64,000 nt of DNA from Chamaesiphon sp. (GCA_965246715.1 CBDFFH010000043.1:1-64000), one strand, 5' to 3'; positions 12,683-25,693 are shown, counted from the stretch's first letter. Made by a program: numbers and translations. Notes: generated by a model from the sequence alone, not told the origin.

Positions 12683-15600
12683 TCATAATATTGTTGCCGC
12701 ATTCGTTAATTCAGTGGCATCAAATTTTAATAAACTCATTTCAAATAACACTTGTGCCGTTTTCAATAAACTTGAACAAGACGAAATTTTTGAATTGAAT
12801 AAAAAATAAAATAAACAAAGAAAAGCAAAAAAGACAATTGAAAATAATTCTTTTTGCTGAATATTGAAATGTTTGATTAAATAATGATAAACGTTGATTA
12901 TATTCACATCAATTAACAAATTTCAATGTGCCAAAAACAACAACAAAAGCCAAGAACATAAGTTAACAGATCATTGACATAACTGGTTAATTGATATAAA
13001 CAGAATCATTCATTATCTGATGAAGTTCAGATAAATTCTTCCAAAGACCTCGAAATTGATAAACATAATCATTTCCACTATAATGACCATCACCACCAAT
13101 TAAAACATATTTATCTAATTCTTTATTTGATTTATATTGAAATGAATCTTTTTCTTCATTGAATAAACTGTAATCATTGACACGATTTAAACGTAATTTT
13201 TCAAAAGAACATAAATTTGATTTAATAAGTAATTGACCAATTAATCGATTATTAATAAAACTACTTAGATTACCATTATACCATTCTTGTGCACGAATAT
13301 TTGAAATAAAACTTTCGTCTGACCATTTCCAATAATCATTAATCGTTGAAATCTAATTATCAAATCTCATCAACATCTTTTCAAAAAACAAAAACAAACT
13401 TTGATTGAATCCGATTGAATATTTTTTGAATAATTTCCTTGATAAAATGAATGAGAATTATCATTTGAATAAGTTATTGTACAAAGTAATATTAGAAAAC
13501 ATAAATAAAATAATGTTTTACAAATAATTGACCACATTTTCATTTCTTTTAAACGTTCTTGACGAGAATATTTTAATATTGAATATTTCTAGAAAAGAAT
13601 TTATTTATTTCAAATTCTAATTAAAACAAACCTTTGTTTCATCATCATATTCAAGATCAATAACATCATTTTCATTTAAATATTCATCATTATTCTTTTT
13701 TCGACAAAACAATGCAAAACACACGATTTTCATTGGTTGTGTTAGAAGAATTGATGAAACAAATCCGGTAAGAACAGATATGAACCATTGTTGACTTTTG
13801 ATATCATCAAATTCAATTCCACGTGCAATTATAAAAAATATTGGTATTACAATTAAGATTAAACATAAACCATATGCAATATATGGGCAAAATCATTTGT
13901 TAGCGACGTGACTTCGTAAAATTTCAACGTGTATATCTATGAATAGGAAGCTAATTAAAAGCTGAATTTTTTAATGTTGTATGCAGCCTAACTTGCTCTA
14001 GATTGCCCAGAAAAAATAGGCTCAGGGATCCTTCAGCTAAGAGATTATAATTAAAGAACTGGCGTTAGCGACGTGACTCAAAAAAGGACATCAACATCCA
14101 ATGTGAGTGTTTCCACTAGAGAACTCTGCGAATTAAGACGTCGTTTTGGAAAATGAATTGGTACATTCTGTAGACGACTCATAAAGCTACAAAATATCTT
14201 TGCAATGCCTTTTCTCACCATGTTTAGATTTTTCGAAAAATTGAGTTTCTCGAGCGTTAGCGACGTGACAAAATCGTTAGCGATGTGACAGAGTACGAAT
14301 ATCAATGCTACCTCTACGTTGCAAAACTTTCCCACAATAGAAGATCCTTCACAATAGAAGACTCTTATCGAGGCAATAAAGAAAAAAACAGATTAGAAGA
14401 CTGCCTTACACATCAGATCATTAGAATGTATGTCTGAAGTTTATCTGTAATTCTTTTACTGGTTTTTGTTCATGTTTGCATCTACACTCGACGTAAACAA
14501 TAGTGCCTCACAATTTTTCAAAAGTAATTGACTTATGAATCATCGGATCGACAAGAAAGATCAGAAAAATTGTGAAATATTCATTTTTATATGAAAAAGG
14601 CATTATTTATCCATGAAAAACAGCATTTCAGTGCTCTAAAAGGCTTCTTTTTAGTATAGGATAAAAGAAATTTCCCTTTTTGTTTGTAAAAGTAATATAT
14701 AATGGTAGCTGAAGACGTACGCTAGAGTTTCGAATGATTTATATTCCTATTTCGTATGAAAGAATGTCATAGATGGTGCGAGATCTTTGTTGTTTGCTCA
14801 AATGTATTGTTCAAAGAGCATTCCTTACTTCTATGATCTTCTCTCTCGTTATCAATTCAGTTACTATCTATTCATTTTTTGTGCTAAAAGGCTAGAACAG
14901 ATCAGGCAACGTTTTTTAGGCCACAATTTGCCAGTCAGAAAAATTTTAGAGGCTCGAAAGTATTGTCGAAAGTTTTTTTTTAATGTCTGCCTTTTGAAGA
15001 AAGCATCACAAGACTCATCTACAATTTATGATCGATGAGACGATTTAGAAGTTCTCGATTCTGCTAATGTGCTTATGACTTCAAGCAAAAACCAGCTTTA
15101 ATATGCTTAGAAACCATGATTTGGAATGATCCGCTTTTACTTTTCAAATATCATCTGAAAATCGTTAGCGACGTGACTCAATGTAACTAATTACACACTT
15201 TCAACAGTCAAAATAGAAATCAAAAGAATTTAGTTTATATTTACTTAACACATGAAACTATCTTTATATAAAAAGGTTCAGACTTGGTAGATTGTTAATT
15301 GATGAGGAAAAAACACTTGTGTAATTTCGTTAGCGACGTGACGGAGAAAATAGGTGGTTTTGCATTTGAATTATCTCCAGAAAAACAAACCGAGTTTTCT
15401 CTGTTTGTTTACTGTGTGAGGCAACACTGAAGGAACTCTTGATTCATCGAGAAAAAGATAATTCTATACTTTTGATTGATGTGCAAACCACAATGTTTCT
15501 TTACCATAAAAACACGCTGATTTTCATGGTGCAAGAGTGCTCGTAGAACAAAAGATTTTTCTACTATTTAGAATAATATGAACGAGTAACAAGCATCGAT

Positions 15601-16343
15601 TTCATAAACTAGACACACTAGACTATCACTCTGTTACACTTTTCTATTTCTGTGATGAGTTTCAAAAAACCGTCAAAAATGTCCTATTCCGCCTGATTTT
15701 GCCCATATAAACACCAACATGGAAATGTTATTTCACATTTGCTTTTCTTTACATTTTTTGATGAACAACTTCGAGTTCGTCGAAAAAATTGAACAAGAAA
15801 TAATGTTGGAATTAATGAAAATAATTCTACTATAATACCAATTATTATCTCTTGACGATTTAAAGTAATTGGACCCAATGATAAATTTGTCATGTTTGTT
15901 TCTTTAGATAAATGATAATACATTATATTGATAAACATTGAAATAAATAATAAAACAAAACAACATGTACATCGTTGAATACGTGTGAATTTTGTTGAAA
16001 TTGGTCGAAGAAAGATTGAAAACCATAAATGACCATCGGATACATTCTGATTACTTTGTTTTGATAAAACAAATGAAAATTTGTTTTTCTCCAATTCATT
16101 CCCAATAGGAAGAATTCGTTCGATCTATTTAATTCATAAAATTTCTCATTTGTACTTTTTAATAATGAAAATACAAACTTTTCCGTCATCTTTTTCAACT
16201 GCAAACCATCGTTGTGAAATAAAATAAAATTTCTCCAATGTTTGTAAATCTTGAACGATAATATATTTCAAAAACCATGATGCAAATGAACCTTGACCAG
16301 AATTATCGTGCCAAATATGAATATTATTTAACAATCCCAATGA
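12683..16343 (-). pseudogene. Polycystin-1-like (PKD1L/PKDREJ family) gene fragment: PLAT domain plus transmembrane region, interrupted by a DNA transposon
   Basis: PLAT motif IWHDNSGQGSFASWFLKYIIVQDLQT..QRWFAVEKDDG and post-PLAT motif DGHLWFSIF..FTRIQRCTCCF. CWCLY|IAYGL continues across the 13885-15704 insertion. The 5' part of the gene is lost in the transposon nest beyond 16.4 kb. Confidence 0.8.
13885..15704. mobile_element. Non-autonomous DNA transposon with GGGCAAAATCA TIRs and a 4-bp ATAT target-site duplication (possibly Sola-like)
   Basis: ATAT|GGGCAAAATCA at 13881-13895 and TGATTTTGCCC|ATAT at 15694-15708. Removing the element restores the polycystin reading frame. GTTAGCGACGTGAC recurs internally. 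Confidence 0.85.
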
Positions 16344-16697
16344 TCTTAAAACACAATTTCATTTTCATTTTTCTCTTTTCAATAGACAGTGCCGCAATCA
16401 GGGTTTTTTCACCAATGGACAAACTTTTTATTGATGGGCGATAGAAATTTTTGACTTGAGAATATGTTTAAAATGAAGAAAAATAAGGATATGAGAGTTT
16501 GAGAAACGAAAGTGAAGACGCGATTCAAAAAGACAACAAATATAATTGTCATCTATAGTTCATAAATGAATAAATCTTAACAAATAGAATTTCAATGGGC
16601 AACAGTAGCGCAACCAGGAAGGAGACAAATAGGCAATTCCCCATTTCATTTAGGAATTTGTCCATTGAAATTCTATTTGTTGAGATTTATTTATTTA

Positions 16698-17635
16698 TTA
16701 GGTTGGCAACAAAGTTCTTGCGTTTTTTTTGAAAATGTTCTAAAACATTCGAGAAAGTTCTAGAAGTTTCCATACTAAGGGTATATAAATGGAGTGTGAA
16801 TATCTTTCGAATGATATTAAAGTCATCGATATGGACGCTGATCACGAATTGGAAATGAATCTTTCTCGTAGAGAGATTCGACTGCTTTTACTTCATGAAT
16901 TCCGTCTGGGTCACAAAGCAACGGAAGCAGCCAATCACATATGCAGCACGATGGGGGAGGATGTACTCTTTATTCGTACGGCACAATATTGGTTCAATCG
17001 CTTTAAGAATGGTAACTTCGAACTCGATGATTTACCTCGACCCAGTAGACCACTGGAAGTTGATTTAATGACATCTCACCGCAACTATCAATGGCTCCGC
17101 AATCTTATCACCGGCGATGAGAAGTGGGTGTTGTATATTAACTGCACGCACAGACGCCAGTGGCTAAGTCCTGGTCAAACAGGCGTAACAACGCCTAAGG
17201 CTGATTTACACCCCAAGAAGGTGATGCTGAGCGTTTGGTGGGAGTGTCAATGGAATTATTCACTGGAAAATTCTTCCAAATGGTTGCACCATCACTGCTG
17301 ATCTCTACTGTCAACAATTGGACTGGGTTGCCGAAAAGCTCAAGAGAAAGCAGGATTGAATTTACTATTTGCATGATAACGCAAGACCCCATGTTGCAAA
17401 GTCGATCTGCAAAAAATTATTGAAGCTCGGATGGATTACCATTCCTCATCCACCTTATTCTCCTGACTTGGCTCCAACGTACTACCATTTGTTTCGTTCT
17501 CTTTCTCATCATTTGTGTGAGAAAATGTTCGACGACGAGAACGACGTGAAAATGGATATCGCCAACTTCTTTGGTCAAAAGTCCCAGGACTTCTACGAAC
17601 GCGGGATCCCATCTCTGCCAGAGCGTTGGCGACAT
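16698..17635 (+). mobile_element. Mariner transposon relic (left TIR plus frameshifted, internally deleted transposase; right end missing)
   Basis: TA|TTAGGTTGGCAACAAAGTTC TIR start. HTH region, TGDEKW, HDNARPH, and YSPDLAPTYYHLF, in which the third catalytic Asp is replaced by Tyr. Confidence 0.9.
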
Positions 17636-17851
17636 ATCCATCTACTTTCGATTATGGCCATCCTCCACTTATTTTAGTAAATATAAAACCGTCCCCGAAA
17701 CGAGGTGATGAAGGATACGACCCACATCCTGTTCGATTACGTGATTTAAAGACTATTATAAATGTTGTATCTATCAAGTATGTTGTTAAAACGTTTTGTA
17801 TTTCATTTCTCTTTTTTGTACATTTTTCAAGGTACAAACTACGTGCGACGA

Positions 17852-18963
17852 TCAGAGCTGCCACCTTTTCACATTCAAAAAGCAGAAAAAAGCAGAAGGT
17901 CCGTTCTAGTAATAAGGTATCTTTTAAACACTATGTTTTAGCGAGATAATGAGAGGCTCTAATATCAGATTTTGTTCTTTATCATAAAAAATGAAGAAAA
18001 GACGTTGAAAAGATGAATAAAATTATTGAGGTTGTTTTCTTTTCAGTGTATATTTTTCATTTGTCTGATAGGTTTCAATAAATCTTCATTAGATAGTATA
18101 TACATTACTGACTAAAAGTGCCTGGATGTGTCAAACTACATAAAGGTCCGATCATGTTTTATTAAATTTCTACTTGAAATACAGCTAAAAACTGATCGCA
18201 GGTACCAACCTGAGTTCTGTCGACTGAGAGAGAATGGAGTTCTATTTCAAAAATTAGTTTCACATCGTTCAGTAAATTCTGGATAAATATTCACCTTTTA
18301 TGAGAGAACATTCGAAATGCAAAACATTTCGTTTGATCTTTAAATTTATCATCAGATGTTTAATTTCAATCGACTTTCGTCAAGAAGTGTATTTTCAAAA
18401 TGAAGTTTGATCAGAGATCTGAAGAAAAATATTCATATTGCTGTTTTTTTTATAAATTGCCTAAATTCAGGGAGCTGAATATTAATTCAAAGTTAACTGA
18501 ACGTGAAACTAGTGTTTGAACTATAACCCCAGTCTATCGAAGTCGATTGAACTCGACTTGGCCCTTGCGATCACAGTTCTTCTAGTTGTATGTCGGTTAG
18601 AAACTTGATGAAAAAATGGCCGAAACTTTATGTACTTTGACGCATCTAGGGATCTTTGACCAGTAGTGTGCATCGATTTGAACGAATAAACTGACTGATA
18701 GATAATATAGCAAATGAATGACAGATAAATAATGGAAAAAGAATGAAAAATATGACCTGTAATTCCTGTAAACCAGTATAAAGCATAAACAATTGAAGAT
18801 GTTGCCAAAATGAAAATATCATTAAATATTGAAGAGAATGTCTTTTGCTATTTTTAAAAACTGATTTATTAGCAACAAAATAAACTTCGGATAAGAACAT
18901 GAAAAAACAAGATTTCAAAAAAGCAGAGAAAAATGAAAAAAGCAGAAGAGGTGGCAGATCTGA
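17852..18963. mobile_element. Putative non-autonomous TIR element
   Basis: TCAGAGCTGCCACCT at ~17852 and AGGTGGCAGATCTGA at ~18949-18963, with AAAAAGCAGA subterminal repeats near both ends. No coding content recognised. Confidence 0.55.
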
Positions 18964-19604
18964 TCCAGGGTCGCTAATTGTTAACGATTGGACTGGTCTT
19001 TCCGACCGTAATTCGATGTGATGAAGAGAGGAGAAGAGATACGTCTGATGTTTGTACGTTCATTTACTAACTGACTAGATCACACACAAGAAACGATATA
19101 TAAATGTAGGAGAGAGAGAGAAGAAACAATAGAAGAATAACAAATCTAATATCAGAAGATGTGCTAGTGTGACATCTGTCTGTATCAATTATGTAAATGA
19201 ATATCAAGTTAGATAAATGCAGAGAGTGAATTCGACACTGATTACACTGCGGTCGATGATTTAACCGGTTCATCCTTTGCACTAGCCATATTTTCCAGTT
19301 CATCACCATCAGCTGAAGCGTCTGGGTTAGCTGAGTGGTTATGTTCTTGGTTTCGTTTTCGATACACACGATACAGCCACCAGCAACCTAACACAACTGG
19401 TATAATCAGCAAACCCAGGACTAAGCGAATCAAATGTTCAAGTCTGTCTGGACGTTCCCATTGTACCACATTTCGAGCCTTATCATGGTAACATGTGTAG
19501 ATATGAGCAACCTATGAAATTCAAGACATAATAAAAAGAAATAGAGCACAATTTATTGACATACCTCATATTGATCGACTGTACTATTTGCCTTTGTTAG
19601 AGAC

Positions 19605-20114
19605 TGTGCCAACAATCAAAATATCTATGATTCATAAGCCGAATGATTGTGTATCGTTCTGTATACACTCTCTCTATATATAATCATTAGCGTGTGGATA
19701 TATATGATATGTCTTAGATAAGATTCGTCTTGTATTTTAGTCATTAGTATTGAAGGATCATTAGAGATGAAATAGCATAAATAGAAAGTACAAAGTATAA
19801 GAGAAGGAGCAAAGTACAAGAGAAGGAGCAAAGTCCAAGAGAAAGAACACGGTATAAAAAGACGAGCCATGCAATACATCGGGGGGCATTCATCTTTTAG
19901 TATTCTTAGTATAGTTGGTTATAGAACGTTGGTAGAATAGTATTAGTAGAACATACATTCTGGTGTGGAACTATATTGTCCGTTTACGTGTGTTTATCTT
20001 TATGTATGTTTCTCTCTTGGTTCAAATAAACATCGGTGAGCTTGTAACGTAATATCTTGTTCTATTCTTCTAACAACCAACAGTACAACAAGCAAGAGAA
20101 TAAATTACGTTACA
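19605..20114 (+). repeat. 5' LTR
   Basis: TGTGCCAACA...CGTTACA. It appears identical to 28049-28558. Confidence 0.97.
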
Positions 20115-20116
20115 TT

Positions 20117-20133
20117 TGGCGACCCTGGCAGGA
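20117..20133 (+). promoter_or_regulatory. Primer-binding site (probably tRNA-Arg)
   Basis: TGGCGACCCTGGCAGGA lies 2 nt after the LTR and is complementary to a tRNA 3' end ...GGGTCGCCA. The tRNA identity is inferred. Confidence 0.75.
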
Positions 20134-20258
20134 TTTTAAAACAAACAGTAACGATTCAATTGGAAAATTAGAATCACGATTACTATCGAAGAACCTTAAC
20201 CACACAACGAAACTTTCTGCCTCATTACACTTATCCGATTTAATTATCAAGAAATAAT

Positions 20259-21686
20259 ATGACTGAAGAACAAATCCCTCTTCAAGAAGCAATGAAAAGA
20301 CTTGTGGAGTATAACAAGGATTCCTCAAGCAAAATCACCAGATTAGAAACTCAAATTGATGAAATATGTAAGGGTTTCGAAGAGTACAAGGAACAAAATA
20401 CGAGTTCAGTACATCAAGAAGTACAAAACATGTCAGAAAAAATAGAAGCAATTCAATCATCTAATGCCATATTTCAACTGGAAACCAACAGCAAACTGGA
20501 AGAAATCAAACTCCACTGGAACACTATGTATGCCGATATGAAAACAGACATGACTGCTATCTTACTCAAATTAGGTGAGAGACCAAAAGAAGAAGATGAA
20601 GAAGAAAGATCGGATATCCAAGAAAAGGATAAAACCCCCTTAGACAAATCTCTCCCGAGACGTCTCTTTCAATTCACGGACTCTAAAGAGGAGGATATCC
20701 AAAGACGAGGACTCCTAAGACCTTCGTATTTAACCGGTGCCGATATGCTCTCGACACATGCTCTTGGTCAAGTGAAACATTCGATTATTGTACCACCAGC
20801 TTCAGCAGCCCCGGCTTTTTATGGAAAAAACACCGAAAGCCCAACACAATTCTTAATTCGTGTTCAAGAATATGCAGAATCAGTACACGCATGGGATCGT
20901 GCCACGTTAGTTAATGGTATCTCTCAATTCTTGCGAGATTCAGCCTTAGAATGGTACTGTCAACTGCGTTTGTCTCATCGACGACCAAATACCTGGACGG
21001 AATTTACGGATTTATTTCTTGCACAATTCAATTCTCCAGTTCGTAAAGCACGACAAGAACACGAGTGGCACGAATGTAAGCAGAGGGAAAACGAAACAAT
21101 AAATGAATTTTTAGTTCGTCTCCGTGCTCTATGGAGAGAGCAAAAGCCAAAAGAAACAGAACGAGAGCTAGTGAAACATCTTTTCTGTCGAATGCGCAAT
21201 GACTTACTCAATATGATAGGAATATCTCGCAATGCTTCGTTAGATGAAGTGATGACTGAAGTTCAACAAATAGAAGATATTTTATACCGACGAGCGAAAG
21301 GAGAGCGTTTAGCAAAACAAATCAAACAAACTTCGTCGTCGAATGTCGAAGCGTCATCTAACAAACGTTATGGTGAAGAAAATACGCGCAGAACAACACC
21401 GTGGAGAAACGAAGACTCATATAATAGGTATACCGGGAAAACAAGACCTCATCAAGTAAACGAAATTACACCCCCTTATGGCAGTGATGGGAAAAATCAG
21501 AGAACAACGCAGCCAAATCAAATTCAACCAGCGGAATCATATAGTTGCTTCCGATGCGGACAATATGGACATATAGCGAAATATTGTCCAGCATGGTATG
21601 GAACTTATCATCAAGCACAAGATCATTCAAATTCAAAAAACGTCATCGGAGCACTGGGAGAACGGTCCAGCTACGCTCCAATGTAA
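20259..21686 (+). CDS. gag: Gag (coiled coil, retrotransposon capsid, CCHC zinc knuckle)
   Basis: 475 aa. Contains LRDSALEWY and CFRCGQYGHIAKYC. Confidence 0.93.
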   Translation: MTEEQIPLQEAMKRLVEYNKDSSSKITRLETQIDEICKGFEEYKEQNTSSVHQEVQNMSEKIEAIQSSNAIFQLETNSKLEEIKLHWNTMYADMKTDMTAILLKLGERPKEEDEEERSDIQEKDKTPLDKSLPRRLFQFTDSKEEDIQRRGLLRPSYLTGADMLSTHALGQVKHSIIVPPASAAPAFYGKNTESPTQFLIRVQEYAESVHAWDRATLVNGISQFLRDSALEWYCQLRLSHRRPNTWTEFTDLFLAQFNSPVRKARQEHEWHECKQRENETINEFLVRLRALWREQKPKETERELVKHLFCRMRNDLLNMIGISRNASLDEVMTEVQQIEDILYRRAKGERLAKQIKQTSSSNVEASSNKRYGEENTRRTTPWRNEDSYNRYTGKTRPHQVNEITPPYGSDGKNQRTTQPNQIQPAESYSCFRCGQYGHIAKYCPAWYGTYHQAQDHSNSKNVIGALGERSSYAPM

Positions 21687-24600
21687 GTCAATCCGTTCAA
21701 CAGTTAAATCAAACAGCATCACCGCAACCTTATCAAACAAATCCTCTTTCGATCGAGGGAGCCATAGCTGAACAACCGACAAGAATGCTTATTGATTCAG
21801 GTGCTTCTTTAACATTAATTAACTCAAATTTATTTTATCAATTACCGTATTATATTCGTCAAGGTGCTCGATATCCTCCGTCAAACTTACAGGTGCATTT
21901 AGCAGATAAGTCCCGGGTACACGTGGAAAAAACCCTCTTACTCCCAATCACGATCGCGCACCAAACTAGAAAACATTTGGTATATGTGGTACCGAAATTA
22001 TGGCGACCATGTATTATTGGAAACGACTTTATTCGAAAACACAATCTTCAAGTGGACGGTGGACAGCAGAAAGTATATTTCAAAGATCCAGTTACAAACA
22101 ATTCAGGAATGCTAAATATGAACACCTCGTTGGACAAGAGCGAAGAATATATCTTACTGGCGAATGAACGCATCAAAATACCACCTTATCACGCCACCGA
22201 TCTTCAAGTACGTTCAAACAAAGAAGTCATTAACCCAACTGGTGAACCACCAGAATATGAAATTACGTCGTTGAAACATACACCCTGTGTGGCGAATGGT
22301 ATTATTAAACCACAAACTCTTATGCAGGTTCAAGTAGCAAACCTAACGAAGAAAACAATTATTATTCATCCAGGTGAAGCGCTAGCGAAAATGACACGTC
22401 TTAGTCAAGAACAATTGAATGTAATACACCAAGTAGAAACCACACTTCAAGAGGAAAAAGTAGCTATAACGACAACCGAAGCCGAACCTGATTTGTCGGA
22501 AACAAATTTAACTGAAACACAGAAAGGTCAACTAAAGAAACTGATACACTCATTTACACATATCTTTAGAAAAAATGGTCGAACAACAATGGTACGACAT
22601 CAAATTAACCTAATGCCGGATTCGAAACCAATTAATTCTCCACCATACCGGGTTGCACCAGCGAAACGGAAAATTATCGAAGAAAATATAAAGGAAATGA
22701 TGGAACAAGGGATCGTTGAACCATCAAAAAGCCCGTGGGCATCTCCAGTAGTATTAGCGCCAAAGAAAGACGGATCCATACGATTCTGTGTGGATTATCG
22801 CAAGTTAAATTCAATAACAACCAGAGACGCATACCCAATACCACGAATTGACGATACACTTGATGCTCTGCAAGAAGCTAAGTTCGTATCAACTTTAGAT
22901 TTACGATCTGGGTATTGGCAGGTGGAAATGGATAAAGAGTCAAAAGAAAAGACTGCGTTTATCACCCATAAGGGTCTCTATGAATTCAATGTTATGCCTT
23001 ATGGATTAACGAACGCACCAGCTACGTTTCAAAGATTAATGGACATTGTATTGGCAGGACTAAAATGGCAATGTTGTTTAGTGTATATCGATGACGTGGT
23101 TATTTATTCACCTACCTTCGAACAACATCTTGTCGATTTAGAAAAGGTATTTCAGGCTTTAAGCGACGCTCAATTAACGCTCAAGGCATCACAGTGCTGT
23201 TTTTGTCGAAAAGAAATGAAATATCTCGGACATGTAGTTACTCCAGATGGCATAAAACCTGATCCGGCACTAGTAAAAGCTGTTTCAGATTTTCCTCAGC
23301 CGCAAACTATAAAAGATGTTCAATCATTTCTGGGTCTAAGCGGATATTATCGACGATTTATCAAAGATTACGCAAAGATCGCCGAACCACTTTTTAAACA
23401 ATTACGACAACTAAAAGATCGAAACTATCATCTGAACTGGACTTCAAATTGTACAATAGCCTTTCAAGCTCTGAAAAAGAAATTGACGTGCGCCCCAATC
23501 ATGAGCACACCAAATTTCAACGAACCTTTTATCTTGGAATTAGATGCTTGTGAATATGGACTAGGAGCTATACTCGCACAAGAATACGACAAACGGAAGT
23601 TTGTGATTGCATATGCGAGTCGAACATTATCACCACCTGAAAGAAATTACAGTGCAACCGAACGTGAAGGTCTAGCTATAGTATGGGCTACCCAACATTT
23701 TCGTCCATACTTAGAAGGAACAAAAGTATTTATCAGGTCGGATTGCAAAGCGCTTCAATGGTTAAAAAATGCAAAAGATATAAGTGGAAGATTGGCCAGA
23801 TGGGCAATAAAATTATCAGCATTTCAAATAGAAAACATTCAATATCGTCCTGGAACTGCGAACGCCAATGCAGATTCCTTATCAAGAAATCCGATTGGAA
23901 TGACGTCAAAACAAGAAGTTGAACAGTCAACACTAAACGCGGAGGAAATTAGCAAGAATGTTATCTCTGGAAGAAGCAAAACAACCAACACCCGAGATTG
24001 TCGCGAAATATCGACGATAGAAACCATAATTAATATATGGGAAAATACAAATATTTTAGACGACATAAAAAGTGAGCAACAAGCAGATTCGAAGTTGAAT
24101 CATATTATCCAACAACTGAAAACGAATCCAACTCCAGAATTAAATGATAAAAGGCAACCGCATGTCTTAATTAATGACATATTATACAAGATAAAGAACT
24201 CGAATCGACATTATAATCAACGGATGCTCGGTATCAAACATTTGTTGGTCATACCTAAAACCATGCAAAACAAAGTACTTAAATGGGCACACGATCATCC
24301 GATGGGAGGTCACGCCGGTCAACAAAAAACTTTGTTTCGATTATCAAATCGAGTATACTGGGCATCGATGAGAAAAGATATTTTCAATTATGTAGCAGCA
24401 TGTGGGGAGTGTCAAAAATTTAAGTATAAGAACATGCCAACGGCGACTCCCATGCAACTGCACGAAGTACTCGAACCCTGGCATACCGTTGGTATTGATA
24501 TCATGGGTCCTTTCCCGGTTACTTCAAGACAAAAAAGATTTTTACTCGTAATTGTTGATTATTTTACTCGGTGGATAGAAGTATTTCCGATGCGAATAAC

Positions 24601-25525
24601 AACATCAGCAGAAGTAGCAGAAGTATTAATCGATCAAGTGTTTGCAAGATATGGTCTACCGCGTTATATCTTATCGGACAATGGTCCGCAATTTGTATCG
24701 AATCTATTTAACGAATTTTGTCGAGTACTGAAAATTCAACGGAAACTTACCGCGAATTATCACCCACAAACAAACATGACAGAACGAGTAAATCGAACGT
24801 TGAAGCCACTCATCGCCATCTTTGCTCAAGAACACCCACATTCTTGGGATAAACAAATACAACAATTAGCATTCGCGATCCGTACGTCAGTAAATGAAAC
24901 AACGGGCGAAACCCCTGCATTTCTTATGTTTGGACGAGATCCCATAATACCATTAGATGTTATTATTGGCGATGCGATCCAAGGACCACCTCCACTGAAT
25001 GAGGAGCAAGAACAAATACGAGACTATAGAACTTACCTCATGGATAAGTTACGTGTCGCATTCAATATAGTAAGAGAACATTCGGAAGTGGAAAAATTAA
25101 GTCAAAAGATGAAGTATGACAAACACACTACACAACGGGAATTTCATGAAGGAGATCTCGTTTGGGTAGCCACTACAGCAGGACAAATCGGTGACAACTC
25201 TACACGAGGAAAATTACAACCGATCTATCAAGGTCCATGTAGAATTATTGAACAAATAGCTCCGTCAACTTTCGTGATTAACCGTATCAGGGACAATGTT
25301 AACTTGGGAGCTACAAATGTCGATCGTATAAAGCACTATTATGAACCCAACATTGAATCAACAAATTTCCAAACGAGAGTTACCGCTCCACGAGATCAAC
25401 CAACAATTCAAAATAATCCAGGAATAACTAGTACACCTCACGCAACATCAACACCAGAAAATCGAATAGTGAGACGCCCACCCTCGAACCGACAACGACG
25501 AATGCCGGTTCGATTTCAATCCTAG
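21545..25525 (+). CDS. pol: Pol (protease, RT, RNase H, integrase), expressed as a gag-pol frameshift
   Basis: LIDSGAS, VYIDDVV, LELDAC, integrase HHCC (HDHPMGGH..CGEC) and DDE core (GIDIMGP, SDNGPQF, ERVNRT). Confidence 0.96.
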   Translation: MLPMRTIWTYSEILSSMVWNLSSSTRSFKFKKRHRSTGRTVQLRSNVSQSVQQLNQTASPQPYQTNPLSIEGAIAEQPTRMLIDSGASLTLINSNLFYQLPYYIRQGARYPPSNLQVHLADKSRVHVEKTLLLPITIAHQTRKHLVYVVPKLWRPCIIGNDFIRKHNLQVDGGQQKVYFKDPVTNNSGMLNMNTSLDKSEEYILLANERIKIPPYHATDLQVRSNKEVINPTGEPPEYEITSLKHTPCVANGIIKPQTLMQVQVANLTKKTIIIHPGEALAKMTRLSQEQLNVIHQVETTLQEEKVAITTTEAEPDLSETNLTETQKGQLKKLIHSFTHIFRKNGRTTMVRHQINLMPDSKPINSPPYRVAPAKRKIIEENIKEMMEQGIVEPSKSPWASPVVLAPKKDGSIRFCVDYRKLNSITTRDAYPIPRIDDTLDALQEAKFVSTLDLRSGYWQVEMDKESKEKTAFITHKGLYEFNVMPYGLTNAPATFQRLMDIVLAGLKWQCCLVYIDDVVIYSPTFEQHLVDLEKVFQALSDAQLTLKASQCCFCRKEMKYLGHVVTPDGIKPDPALVKAVSDFPQPQTIKDVQSFLGLSGYYRRFIKDYAKIAEPLFKQLRQLKDRNYHLNWTSNCTIAFQALKKKLTCAPIMSTPNFNEPFILELDACEYGLGAILAQEYDKRKFVIAYASRTLSPPERNYSATEREGLAIVWATQHFRPYLEGTKVFIRSDCKALQWLKNAKDISGRLARWAIKLSAFQIENIQYRPGTANANADSLSRNPIGMTSKQEVEQSTLNAEEISKNVISGRSKTTNTRDCREISTIETIINIWENTNILDDIKSEQQADSKLNHIIQQLKTNPTPELNDKRQPHVLINDILYKIKNSNRHYNQRMLGIKHLLVIPKTMQNKVLKWAHDHPMGGHAGQQKTLFRLSNRVYWASMRKDIFNYVAACGECQKFKYKNMPTATPMQLHEVLEPWHTVGIDIMGPFPVTSRQKRFLLVIVDYFTRWIEVFPMRITTSAEVAEVLIDQVFARYGLPRYILSDNGPQFVSNLFNEFCRVLKIQRKLTANYHPQTNMTERVNRTLKPLIAIFAQEHPHSWDKQIQQLAFAIRTSVNETTGETPAFLMFGRDPIIPLDVIIGDAIQGPPPLNEEQEQIRDYRTYLMDKLRVAFNIVREHSEVEKLSQKMKYDKHTTQREFHEGDLVWVATTAGQIGDNSTRGKLQPIYQGPCRIIEQIAPSTFVINRIRDNVNLGATNVDRIKHYYEPNIESTNFQTRVTAPRDQPTIQNNPGITSTPHATSTPENRIVRRPPSNRQRRMPVRFQS
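21635..21680 (+). promoter_or_regulatory. Putative -1 ribosomal frameshift signal between gag and pol
   Basis: A_AAA_AAC heptamer in the gag frame (21635-21641), followed by a GGAGC...GCTCC stem. The pol ORF is in the -1 frame. Confidence 0.75.
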
Positions 25526-25693
25526 CTCCCATAGTCAATGACGTTTTTAATGGGTATGGAAAATTAGTTAGAAAATAGTAGTCAAATATCAAAATATTTC
25601 CATACTCAATTTATATGTATATATATATATGTAGTCGTACATTTCTAGATAAAGAAAACACCTAGGTAATAAGCAAGAATAGTCTAAGAAGAA

